A stretch of 43,453 nucleotides of DNA from Octopus sinensis (Eukaryota), in assembly GCF_006345805.1 (NCBI RefSeq), contig NW_021835045.1:1-43453 (forward strand). The letters run 5' to 3'. Below the pieces are notes generated by a model, which was not told the origin of the DNA, searched no databases, and saw nothing but the letters and a program-made list of their open reading frames with translations. A program made the position numbers and the translations under genes. Positions 24,515 through 35,739 of the stretch are shown here, in pieces. The stretch's first letter is position 1. Every line of letters begins with the position of its first letter.

Positions 24515-25510
24515 GTATATCATTGTTCAGTTTTATTTCAAGACTAGCAGTATAGCCCAGCGTTGCTCCGGTTTATTTTCTTTTCGACCCTTTAGAATTG
24601 GAATTTTTGAAAAGTAAAAATTTTGCATTATGTAGCTTGTTATTCTCTTTAAGTAAACATTTTTCTGTTTGAAATACACCGGAAAATGACGACAAGGCAG
24701 TCAAAAATTCGTAAAAAATAAAAGATTTTCATAGAAAAAACACCTTTTTGATGTAAGTAATTTTTAGTGTTAACATGGTCTGATTTGAATTGTGTCTTCT
24801 ACGGAAGAAAGTGCAAGCCTTCTACTATCATACTCTCAATTTTGGCAGACTCGCGCCGCAGGGTCTCGGAGGAGATAGTGTTAGTTGAAGGCCACCAAAC
24901 CTGCCATAGACACACAACTTCAGCTTTATATATATAGAGATTTCTTGCCAATAGAGAAAGAGCCGGTGTCTAACCTAGAGCTAAGGCCCCTTCATTGGAT
25001 TTGCAACATCATCAATAGCGTATATTTTTTGTTTGTTTGTATGTATAAGTGTAGATTTGTATGTTGTGTTTTATGTATATATTCTCATGCATATAGTTAC
25101 ATATCTAGATATGCTCATGTATATTTAAATGATAACTGGAAAGTTTTACCGATTTTTACAGTTCCAGTGATACAATGGACATGTAGTCTTCGAATTAGCT
25201 TTCTCCTTTCTGGTTTCCAGAAGACTACTATCTCAAGATTGGTATTTAGACAGTGTGTTATATATGCCAGAGTTCCAATAATTACACCTATAAACCTAAA
25301 CTTGTAATCTGGATAATGTAACTGCAAATTTCTCAATAGTTTAGCGTGGATATTCTCGTTTTCACTGATCTTCAGCTTTATGTTAACATCGACTGGGCAG
25401 CTAATTTCCAAAACTGCATACAGTTTCTCTTCTCAATCCAAAATCCCTATATCAGGCCTGTTGTGCTTACAGTTTTTGACGTCTTCACTGGGACATTCCA
25501 CCAGTACTCC
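24515..25510 (-). mobile_element. 3' end of RLE-type (R4-like) non-LTR retrotransposon, between (TACA)n arrays and interrupted by a Helitron
   Basis: YWWNVPVKT, HNRPDI (25448-25465) and EISCPVDVNIKLKISE...IIGTLAY...ITGTVKIGKTF fit a PD-(D/E)xK restriction-like endonuclease. The 3' end GGCAAGAAA|TCTTGAAATAAAACTGAAC is split by the Helitron. Confidence 0.85.
24544..24940 (-). mobile_element. Non-autonomous Helitron
   Basis: Minus strand starts TC (TCTCTATATATATAAAG) and ends with hairpin CCGG-AGCAACG-CTGG then CTAG. Inserted between A and T with no TSD. Confidence 0.8.
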
Positions 25511-25676
25511 ATTTTTATTATGTATGTATGTATGTATGTATGAATGTATTTATGTATGTATGTATGAATGTATTTATGTATGTATGTCAGTATGTATGTA
25601 TGTATGCATGCAACTTTCTTTCTTTCTCTCTCTCTATCTCTCTTTCACACTCTCTTCCTCACTCTCTCTTTCTATT

Positions 25677-25830
25677 AGGGGTAGCTATGTGGTAAGAAGC
25701 TTGCTTCTCAACCACATGGTTCTGAGTTCTGTACCACTGCGTGGCGCCTTGGGCAACTATATGTTACTTTAGCCTCGGGCCTTGTGAATGGATTTAGTAC
25801 ACGGAAACTGAAAAAAACCAGTCGTGTATA
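25677..25830 (+). mobile_element. Family B SINE 5' half
   Basis: GTAGCTATGTGGTAAGAAGCTTGCTTCTCAACCACATGG...ACGGAAACTGAAAAAAACCAGTCG. Confidence 0.8.
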
Positions 25831-25840
25831 TATATATATA

Positions 25841-26141
25841 TATGTATATGTATGTGTGTGTGTGCATATAAATTAGAGAAGAACCACCATGTAGCAATTC
25901 ACCAATGATATACTTAAATCATACCATATGGAAAAAAATTAAAGATACAATAAAACATTTACCTAGAAATAAATAAAGTGCTAAATAAATAAATACTAAT
26001 TATATACTATTTATATATTATTTCGTACTTTATTTAGTTCTAGGTAAATGTTTTAGCGTATCTTTAATTTTTTTTCTATATGGCATGATTTAAGTATATC
26101 ATTTTTGAATTGCTTCATGGTGGTTCTTCTCTAATTTATAT

Positions 26142-26176
<35 letters not shown>

Positions 26177-26313
26177 CACACACACACACATCCATTAGTG
26201 AATGACAAAAAACAAGGAGGTAACTAATCACGTTCCACAGTTTACGGTTTTTTAATAAGGCTCAGAATACTTAAGGCTAAGTGGTTGTGCAACATCTCAT
26301 CCATCCATATATA

Positions 26314-26357
<44 letters not shown>

Positions 26358-26815
26358 GTATGTGTGTGTGTGCATATAATTAGAGAAGAACCACCACGTA
26401 GCAATTCACCAATGATATACTTAAATCATACCATATGGAAAAAAATTAAAGATACAATAAAACATTTACCTAGAAATAAATAAAGTGCTAAATAAATAAT
26501 ACTAATTATATACTATTTATATATTATTTCGTACTTTATTTAGTTCTAGGTAATGTTTTAGCGTATCTTTAATTTTTTTCTATATGGCATGATTTAAGTA
26601 TATCATTTTTGAATTGCTTCATGGTGGTTCTTCTCTAATTTATATGCACACACACACACACACACACACACACAACACTAACCACACACACACACATCCA
26701 TTAGTGAATGACAAAAAACAAGGAGGTAACTAATCACGTTCCACAGTTTACGGTTTTTTAATAAGGCTCAGAATACTTAAGGCTAAGTGGTTGTGCAACA
26801 TCTCATCCATCCATA

Positions 26816-26860
<45 letters not shown>
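25841..26860. repeat. Tandem duplication (unit about 510 bp); each unit holds a foldback of about 290 bp
   Basis: Units start near 25841 and 26351. The arm GCATATAAATTAGAGAAGAACCACCATG... pairs with ...CATGGTGGTTCTTCTCTAATTTATATGC. Confidence 0.92.
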
Positions 26861-26887
<27 letters not shown>

Positions 26888-27769
26888 TATGTATGTTTGT
26901 GTATGTGTGTGTGTGTGTGTAAGTGCGGTTTATGTGTCTACTTCCATTAGTTGCCCTTCTTTTTGTTTTTGTTTTGATATGTTACTATTATTTATGATAG
27001 TTTATGATCCTTGAAAATGCCATAATATAATATTCTGCCTTGTAAACTTAATTTAGCATCTATTTAATAAAAGAATCTTTTTATAGCAACATATTACGAT
27101 GACCCTTTAAGATGAATCTCGACCAATATTCGCTACATATTTTGAACATCTCTTTCGAGTTTCTAAACAATTATAAATATCTATAATTATAATTAAAAAA
27201 TCCCAAAATTCTCACCGTGGATACGCTCAACTTATTTCCAAGAAATTGTACATAGAATTCTAAAACACATATAAGGCTGTTGTTATAATTATATTCTTAC
27301 TATGTTTTTCTGATACACACACATACACGCAAACACGAGTCTCTGTGTGTGGTTCTTTTTGTGTTTGTGTGTTTGTGCGCGTATATATTCGGCATATGTG
27401 GTTCGCAAGTGGGTTCTATTGTGATTTTATTAATTCAGTCACTGAACCGTGAACTACAATATTCTTAATCATTCGCACCACAACTCTTGTTTTATCCATC
27501 TCATTTCTATCGAAAGGCTACATTAACTTATTTTCTGAATGGATTTTTACACAACCATTTCACACAACCATTTCCGAAAGTAGGAACAGGCAAGCGAAGA
27601 CAAATATTTGCATATATCTTCTATGTATGTAGGTATATATGCATGTTTGTATGTATGTACGAATATATATATATATATATTTATATATACACATACCTAC
27701 ATATATAGGTACATACATGCGTACATGGATCTATAAGTACACCATAAGATAACCTTACCACACAAAATG

Positions 27770-28210
27770 AGCATTCTTCTTCCTCTACTTCCTCTACTTC
27801 CTCCTTTTGTCTCCTTTTACTCTTCTTCTTTTCATTCCCCTTCTTCTTCTTCTTTTCTTCCTCTTCTTCTTTCTCTTTTTCTTTCTCTTCTTCTTCGTCT
27901 TCTTCTTCTTCCCCTTCTTCTTCCTCTTTTTTTCTCTTCTTCTTCTTCTTCTTCTTCTTCTTTTTGTCTTTTTCTTCCCCGTCCTTTGCTTCCCTTTCTT
28001 TTTTTCTTCTACTTCTTTTTTTATTCCCGTTCTACTCTTGCTTAATCTTCTTCTCTTTCCTCTTCCTCCACTTCCTCGCCCTTCTTTTTACCTCTTCTTT
28101 TTCTTTTTCTTCTTTTGCGTCCCCTTCTTTTACCTCCTCTTCTTCTTTTCTTCTTTTTCCACTTCTCCTCCGTACTACTACTACTAATACTACTACTACT
28201 ACTATTACTG
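27770..28210. repeat. Polypyrimidine (CTT/CT)-rich low-complexity tract ending in (CTA)n
   Basis: Directly visible. A similar tract lies at 32835-32970. Confidence 0.95.
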
Positions 28211-28665
28211 AATTAAGACCTTTATACAGTGAAACCCTTCATTACATTTGCACAGCCGTTATCAAGTACTAACAAATTTTACCAGGGTCAGTCTGAATTA
28301 GTTTCCTCAAATCAAATCCGATTGTATATATTGTTAAGAAAACAACTGTAATGTTACTTAGATTGAATCAGTTATTTAAAGTAAACTTGGTGAAAACATA
28401 GTAATTCAGAGTATCAAATGTCTACGTATACTTCTATCGATTTGCAAATAGAAAGTAAAGACACTGAGATAGCTTTCGTGAAAAGTCTCTTATCTGATTC
28501 CAGGATTATAATACCGAAATGAAGTTTCGTAAAGATGGAATCAGTGAAATGATCTAAGGTTATATATGCAAATGAGTACGTACGTACGAATTTACATAGA
28601 GCCACAATTCATGCATACATATAGATACATACATATCGTGTATGTTCTCTAATATATATATATAG

Positions 28666-28697
<32 letters not shown>

Positions 28698-28751
28698 TAT
28701 ATATTATATAGATATTATATATATATATATAATATATATAATTATTACATT

Positions 28752-28930
28752 ATATAAAAGGGCTAGCAAAATAAATTACTTTGCCGCATACTTTCGTGAG
28801 TTGAATTGAACAAACACTATGAGAGAGGTTTTCTTTAAGTATTAAAATAGTTTTAAAAAATTTTTTTAGCTGCTATTTCTAATGATTCAGTATGCGGCCA
28901 AGTAATTTATTTTACTAACCCTTTTATATA
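28752..28930. mobile_element. MITE-like element with imperfect TIRs of about 42 bp in (TA)n
   Basis: ATAAAAGGGCTAGCAAAATAAATTACTTTGCCGCATACT versus AGTATGCGGCCAAGTAATTTATTTTACTAACCCTTTTAT. Confidence 0.8.
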
Positions 28931-29089
28931 TTTTATAATTTGAATCGCCTTAAATGGTCCCTTTGCATACTGATACTGGTGAAATTGATTAAGTAATTAA
29001 TTTACCTCATTGTTGAAATTATATATATAATATATATATTATTATATATAATATATAATATATATATTGTTAGATTGTAGCTACTACAC

Positions 29090-29252
29090 AAGTTTTTCTC
29101 TCCTTGTTTCTTTCTGTGTTCCTTTCTGTAGAAGAGCGTAGGCTCAAAATGTAAAAGACTTTTTTTAAAATTCCTGAGCGTTAAACTAATACATCTGTTT
29201 GTTTCCTACACTACCTGTCTTCGACTTTTGTTTTTTTTCGTGAACTTTCCCT

Positions 29253-29255
<3 letters not shown>
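29090..29255 (+). mobile_element. Short Penelope pLTR-like element in (TA)n
   Basis: Colinear with 8745-8915. Confidence 0.7.
29121..29158 (+). ncRNA. Decayed hammerhead motif (A6U, G12A)
   Basis: CTTT-CTGTAGA-A-GAGC-GTAG-GCTC-AAAA-TG-TA-AAAG. Confidence 0.55.
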
Positions 29256-29290
<35 letters not shown>

Positions 29291-29304
29291 CACACACACT
29301 ATAT

Positions 29305-29341
<37 letters not shown>

Positions 29342-29561
29342 GCATATACACACACACACACCACATATATAATAATTATATAACACATATATATATATAT
29401 AATATATAAGAAACAAGTAAAAATAATGGTCATTACATATAATCCTTTATTAGACCAATTAGCTTACAGCTGTTTCCAATATTCATTATTCGTACATTAC
29501 TGAAAGGTTTACTCAATTGGTTTATTGATCAGTTAAGGTAAATGGAACTATTTGTTCTACA

Positions 29562-29640
<79 letters not shown>

Positions 29641-30754
29641 GTATAAAGAGAGATACCCTCGAAGTATTTTCATATACCATGGTACGTTGAATGCAAAGTA
29701 GACTTTAAGATGTCATGTACCCACACACGTGAACTTTATAGCTTCAAAACTTCTTAGCGTTCCTCTTCTATCCTATCCATCGAGGAATTTTTCTCCCTTG
29801 TGTTACTGTTGCTGTGTCTTGCCTCTCCACAGGACTTCAAACCTCGCCATCAACATTAAAAATATAGGATGAACTGCAAATATGGCTTCTGCGTCTAACG
29901 ATCTTATTAAAACAATATTCAAACTAATAATTTTTAAGTTTGTTTGTTTTATCAACAGATATGAACATTTGCAGGTAATTCGAGTGGTTGCTAATTTTTT
30001 TACAGTTCAGTACAGAGGCACAGGTGTGGCTGTGTGTTTCATATGTTTGCTTTGCAACCAAATGTTTTTGCGTAGGGCAAGGACCATGTACGATGATTCC
30101 AAGTTGATCATCGTATATGGCTCTTGTCTAAGTTAAAAAGTTGGAGATGAATTTGGAAGACGGAACTGCGTGTAAGCTCGTCCTATATGTTCTATGTTTG
30201 TTATCCACCGCTGCTTGACTAATAATGTTTAATTACACCTCCATTACCATGTAGTTCGGCCAAAGAAACCTTTAGAGTTAGATTCAGATTTAAAAATATA
30301 AGCAAAGGAGTCCATTTTTTCTACTAGACCGTTAAAGGCAGTGTTCCATTATGGCCGTACTGAAAGGCAGTGTTCCATTATGGCCGACTGAAAGAAGTAA
30401 AAGTATCTATAAATTAAATTATAGATAGAGAGTGAATGATTTGGCAATAAAAAATATGTCACCTACCATAATTACCGATATTAATAATATATCAATGTGA
30501 TATATTAGTTATTATATATTAGATATTCAAAGGGGCCCCCGTTAATATATTTCATGCAGGGCGTGAAAGATATTCCAGTAGGAAATTTTTTCTTAATAGC
30601 CAATCTAAAATTAATGCATTAATAATGATAGCTATTATTTATATGAAACCCCTGTTGATGACATTACACTTTTAGTTTCACAAGAAACAAAGAAAAACAA
30701 AAAAAAAATATTGGTAAATAAGAAAAGTATGACTGGTTTTGCCACAACAGTTTT

Positions 30755-31055
30755 GTGGAGGCACATGGCCTAGTGGTTAGAGTAGCGGACTCGCGGTCGA
30801 GGGATCGCGGGTTCGAATCTCAGACCGGGCGATGTGTGTGTTTATGAGCGAAACACCTAAGCTCCACGCGGCTCCGGCAGAAGGTAATGACGAAACTTCT
30901 GCTGACTCTTTCGCCACAACTTTCTCTCACTCTTTCCTCCTGCATCTTGCAGCTCACCTGCAACAGACCGGCGTCCCGTCCAGGTGGGGAACCTATACGC
31001 CAAGGAAGCCGAGAAACCGGCCCTTATGAGCCAGGCATGGCTCGAGAAGGAACAA
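30755..31055 (+). mobile_element. tRNA-derived SINE, family D, with 11-bp TSD
   Basis: A box TGGCCTAGTGG and B box GGTTCGAATCT. TSD ACAACAGTTTT at 30744-30754 and 31056-31066. Confidence 0.9.
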
Positions 31056-31657
31056 ACAACAGTTTTACCGCTGTGTATTTGGCGTCACTACTTCGATGTT
31101 GACGTTTTTGCTATCACGACATTTAATATTTCTCTCATTTTTTTCCCTTCTCACTTTCTCTGTAGCTGCATCTCTTTGTAATGTGAATTTGTGTATGTAA
31201 TCTCTCTCTCTCTCTCTCTCTCATTTTCTCCCACTCACTACCCGTATGTGCGCTGCTCTTTTGTGCTTGCATGTGGTTGTTGCTTCCGCCAATTCATCAG
31301 TGATCAAACAGCGGCATCCAATTTTCTTCTCTCTATAGGCGAGATATTACTCTTTAGATATTCAAAGGGGACCCCGTTAATATATTTCATACATCGCGTA
31401 AAAAATATGATGAAATCCGTTTATAAAGAGATGTATGTTTGCTAACATTCCAGTGTCAGTCGACCATGATTTTGATATTTGAGTTTCAGTACCCCAAATA
31501 ATTTTGTCATACAGTCTCTGTTAATTATCCATCAGGCACAATTTTTCTGTAATCTTATGAGACGTTCTATGTTTAGAATTACTCTATACGAATTTGATTA
31601 TATTAGATAGCTGCACACTCCCATATAATAATCACTGATATTTGTCTAAATCCCGTA

Positions 31658-31862
31658 AGAGAAAAGCTGGCAGTTTAGTTAGCATGCGGGGCAAAAGGCT
31701 TAGTGGCATTCCATCCATTTTCCTGCTCTGATTTCAAATTCCGCCGAGGCTGACATTACATTTACCTTTTGGGGTCGATAAAATAAATACAATTTGAGCA
31801 CTAGAGCCAATGTAATCGACTTACCCCACCTCCAAAATTGCTGATCTTGAGCCAAAAATATA
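31658..31862 (+). mobile_element. Diverged family A-related SINE
   Basis: AGCTGGCAG...TTAGCA...TTCAAATTCCGCCGAGG...GGGGTCGATAAAATAAATAC. Confidence 0.7.
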
Positions 31863-32237
31863 TACAAATGATATCGATTTCATCAAAGTCTGCCAGTTAT
31901 AATATTTGTTTTTAAGTAACCTACTACGCCAGTGCACTTTCGAATACTTCTAGTTCTGTTTTTTTTTTGGTTATACAGAATAATTGCGGAATATCTAAGA
32001 CACGGAGTTCAAAACTGTAACCAAAGGAATGGACTCTAATCTGATGATTAAACGAACTCACTTGTGCAAATAGAAATGAAAAAAAAAAAACCCGTCAACT
32101 TTGTAATTTACTCTACCGTATTTCTATTTCTTACAACAGACGTATCTGCTAAATCTGCTTGCTCAGAATATTTTGTCTATATTACACCGAGTAATCATAG
32201 GTGATAATTACTAATTTGTATGTTATGCGTCTTGTAG

Positions 32238-32312
32238 ATGTGGAATTTTACAGTAGTTGTGACCTTCAGTTAGGTTGCAATGATTTCTGTATGAAGTTTA
32301 TTTTAGTATTCG
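32238..32312 (+). other. Candidate 75-nt exon (unknown gene)
   Basis: Branch-like TACTAAT, acceptor TCTTGTAG and donor G|GTAAGG. One open phase-1 frame, (D)VEFYSSCDLQLGCNDFCMKFILVF. No homology recognised. Confidence 0.3.
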
Positions 32313-32673
32313 GTAAGGTATATATTCACTGCACGTTAGGTTTGCTTTGTTGTATACATGCTATTGACAGACTTCAGTGATCTAGTGTCTTCTCTTCAAT
32401 CTTTTATATGTCTTGTATCAGTTTAATAGCAATCAGGGGAATGTATCATTTATAACATGTACTACAAAGATGCCTACGATTTACATATTGCAGGTAGATG
32501 GCGTCACCGCATTAGCCATCTATAGCTAAGGTCAATTTTATGTATATGTGTATCTGTGTATATCAAGATGTGTGTCTCTAACTAAGTGCTTATTTGTGTC
32601 AGTGTTTTTGGATGTGAGTTTTAGTTCGAGTATGCGAGCATATATTACGCCGACAATGTATAAATATAGCCTA

Positions 32674-32712
<39 letters not shown>

Positions 32713-33584
32713 CAAATATACAAATATATATATATTTGTGTGTGTGTGTGTATATGTGTGTGTGCATGTGTGTATGTGTGTATTTATGAAAAGGCAACGT
32801 ATTTTTAAATTTCTGAAAGCGTCGTTCTCTGTCGTTCTTCTTCTTCTTCTTCTTCTTCTTATTTTCTTCTTATTCTCTTCTTCTTCTTCTTATTTCTTCT
32901 TCTTCTTTCTTTCTCTTCTTCTTCTTCTTCTTCTTCTTCTTCTTTCTTCTCTTTCCTCTCCTCTCTCTTACTCATACACTCTCTGGATAAGGCTGCAATT
33001 GAAACTGTCCACCTCTTGTCACTTGGTATTATATTGGCTGCGAGTATGGCCGCAGCTTTAGAGCTGAAACACGTTAAAAAACTATCAAACGTATCTGTGG
33101 AAAACTTAAACCATTACACGCTCATTTCACGAGATGAAGTTCACTCGATCGTATATCGGAATGTTCATTCTCCACCCCAACTGAAATTCCTCATAAATAT
33201 TCATTAGCATTTTTGTGTTTCTTTGATTTCATTGTTCTTTTGTTATTTACTCGTTTCATCATTGAAATGCGGCCGTGCTTGGACACTGTTTGAAGAATTT
33301 TAATCGGGCGAAAATAGTAGATATATTTTAAACCTGCTTTGGATTCTAAGAATGTCTTGTTGTCAAACCGTTTAACAAAGCGTAGGGGAGTAAGATAAGC
33401 CCAGAGATGCAAACAGGTATATATATATATATATATAGTAATGGTATATTCCGTTAGGAACGTGGTAAAGTACAATATAACACTCGTCCACCTTCAGAAT
33501 ACCTATCCAGTAGTATTATCATATACTTACAAGTTTAAGCTTGGGCATTCGTAGTACGTGAATATAAAATTGAAGCAATTGGTA

Positions 33585-34091
33585 TCAACAAGGAGTATGG
33601 TTGGACAGTTAATTTTCAATCGCTACAGTTATTTCGACGCAACGTAGTTCCCCTGGAATAGAGATATTTGATTACACAACTGCTTGTTTGCATAACGAGA
33701 TCTAGTTGTGTTTTCTCAGGCAATATGCGAGTGTTGTCTCCGTCGACTTTAAGGCCATCCCCTCCGTCGGTCGTGGTTAAATTTAGTAGTAACTGATAGA
33801 CTCATAGTGTGTGCTACCAGAGTGCGTTTGGTAGACTGCTAAAGGCACTCTGGTAGGACACACTGAGTCTCTCAACTACTACTAAATTCAAACCACGACG
33901 GTCAGAGCCTTGAAGTCAACGATTTTAAACTAACGGAGACAAAACTCGCATATCGCCTGAGGAAACATAACTAGATCTCATTGTGCAAACAAACAGTTGC
34001 ATAATCAAATACCTCTATTCCTGGAGAACTACGGTGCGTCGAAACAATTATAGCGATTAAAAATAGCTATCCAACCGTACTTCTTATTGAC
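33585..34091. repeat. Long imperfect foldback (arms about 240 bp, 19-nt loop)
   Basis: CTACCAGAGTGC (33814-33825) and GCACTCTGGTAG (33845-33856) flank the centre. Pairing extends out to TCAACAAGGAGTATGG / CCGTACTTCTTATTGA. Confidence 0.9.
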
Positions 34092-34618
34092 TGCAATGTC
34101 TATACATACATGCATACATATATAGTTATATATATATATTATTATTATTATTGTTGTTGTTGTTGTTGTTGTTATTATTATTATTATGATTTTGTTTTTT
34201 TGTTTTGTATTGACTCCATTTCTCACCTAGAGGCCTCAAGAGACAAAGCAAGTTAGAAGTTCAAGTTAGTGTTATGACGAGGGTGTGATATATATTTTTT
34301 TTTTTTGGTTTTTGCACAGAGTATTGTTCTAGAGAGTGTCTGTCAAAACATAAGTTAATTAGAAGTTTGTTTTAAAAGTAATTTGATTATAAGATTATAG
34401 TCTGATGTTAAGACGACAACAAAATATGCTTGGTGTTATGTATATTTAGACGTATTTTGACACTGTATTTTGCTGTTATTCCTAGGGCAATAGGTGCTTA
34501 ATGCTACCTAGCTCAGATACCAGGAAATCCAAAAATGGAGGAAATTATTATCATTATCATCATCATCATCATCATCATCACCATTATTATTATTATTAAC
34601 ATTATTATTATTATTATT

Positions 34619-34779
34619 CTGTTGTGTCTGGGGAAAGTCATTCTCTTTTAGTGCCTTATTATTTAACACACTCACCGGTAAAATGTCTACTTATTTCTTA
34701 TTTTTGTTTTTCTAAAATTTTCGTTGCGTCTTGCAACCTTTTCAATAGTCTTGACTCTCAAACCAAATCCCAAAACGAA

Positions 34780-34780
<1 letters not shown>
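34619..34780. mobile_element. Short unclassified element in (ATT)n
   Basis: A non-repetitive 162-bp block bounded sharply by ATT arrays on both sides. Confidence 0.5.
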
Positions 34781-34841
<61 letters not shown>

Positions 34842-34871
34842 CATTATTACTATTATTATTATTATTATTAT

Positions 34872-35430
34872 TGAGTGAGAGAGCAGTGCATGCCATCAAA
34901 GTGACACTGGGGTAAAATATACGAAGCCCAATATACCCATCATGACTACCCGTCTGATAAAGGTACACCAGGCACATGCATCACAACCATATGTGCGCGA
35001 CATGGTGATCTCATATCAAGATAAACAGCACATAACCTTGCAGGTGGGGCCCAGTTAGAATTTTCTTCAGGTTGAGTAGCCCATCCCGCTCAAAAGGTCC
35101 CTGAATAAGGGTTGTTTAAGGATGTTGAACGAACCACACATGTTTCCAGAGGTGAATTATTCAAACCCCAAAGAATCCCTCTCAACACATGGCTATGATG
35201 CTCCCCCACTACTTCTGCTCGTGATCAGAGATGCACATATCGTCAGCCACTAAGGGACATGCTCAACTGGTTAAGGTCAAACAACTGACAAGCAAATCTG
35301 TGGTACTGAGCAGAATATTTGCTGTAGCCCATCTTTTATACCAAGACAAAATAATGTACATGATAACACTTCCAATCAGTTAAGATCAGAAGCTATGAGA
35401 GCCACTGCCTGGTACTGCATCAGGGCATTT
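34872..35430 (-). mobile_element. (TAA)n-embedded element, probably a Dong/R4-type 3' UTR or non-autonomous derivative
   Basis: A GC-richer non-coding 559-bp block ending CACTCAATAATAAT on the minus strand, with (TAA)n on both sides. Dong elements are known to target TAA repeats. Confidence 0.55.
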
Positions 35431-35432
35431 TA

Positions 35433-35476
<44 letters not shown>

Positions 35477-35532
35477 ATTACTATTATTATTATTATTATT
35501 ATTGTCATTATTATTATTGTCATTATTGTCAT

Positions 35533-35590
<58 letters not shown>

Positions 35591-35640
35591 CATCATCATT
35601 ATTATTATCATTATTATTATCATCATCATCATCATCATCA

Positions 35641-35678
<38 letters not shown>

Positions 35679-35701
35679 CTATTATTGTTGTTATTGTTGT
35701 A

Positions 35702-35739
<38 letters not shown>

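Noticed and set aside
29455-29500. GAAACAGCTGTA on the minus strand (hammerhead 3' half)
   Set aside because: No credible CUGANGA core or stem II upstream, so it was not counted as a ribozyme.
30755-30835. tRNA-like A and B boxes here and at 1745-2055, 15875-16135 and 41588-42046
   Set aside because: No cloverleaf or acceptor stem. They continue into repeated SINE bodies, two of them with clear TSDs, so they are not tRNA genes.
35380-35430. Possible HDV-like ribozyme at the 5' end (minus strand) of the TAA-embedded element
   Set aside because: Only a simple hairpin (TGCCCTG/CAGGCA) is seen. The 9 nt enclosed are too few for the P2/P3/L3 pseudoknot.
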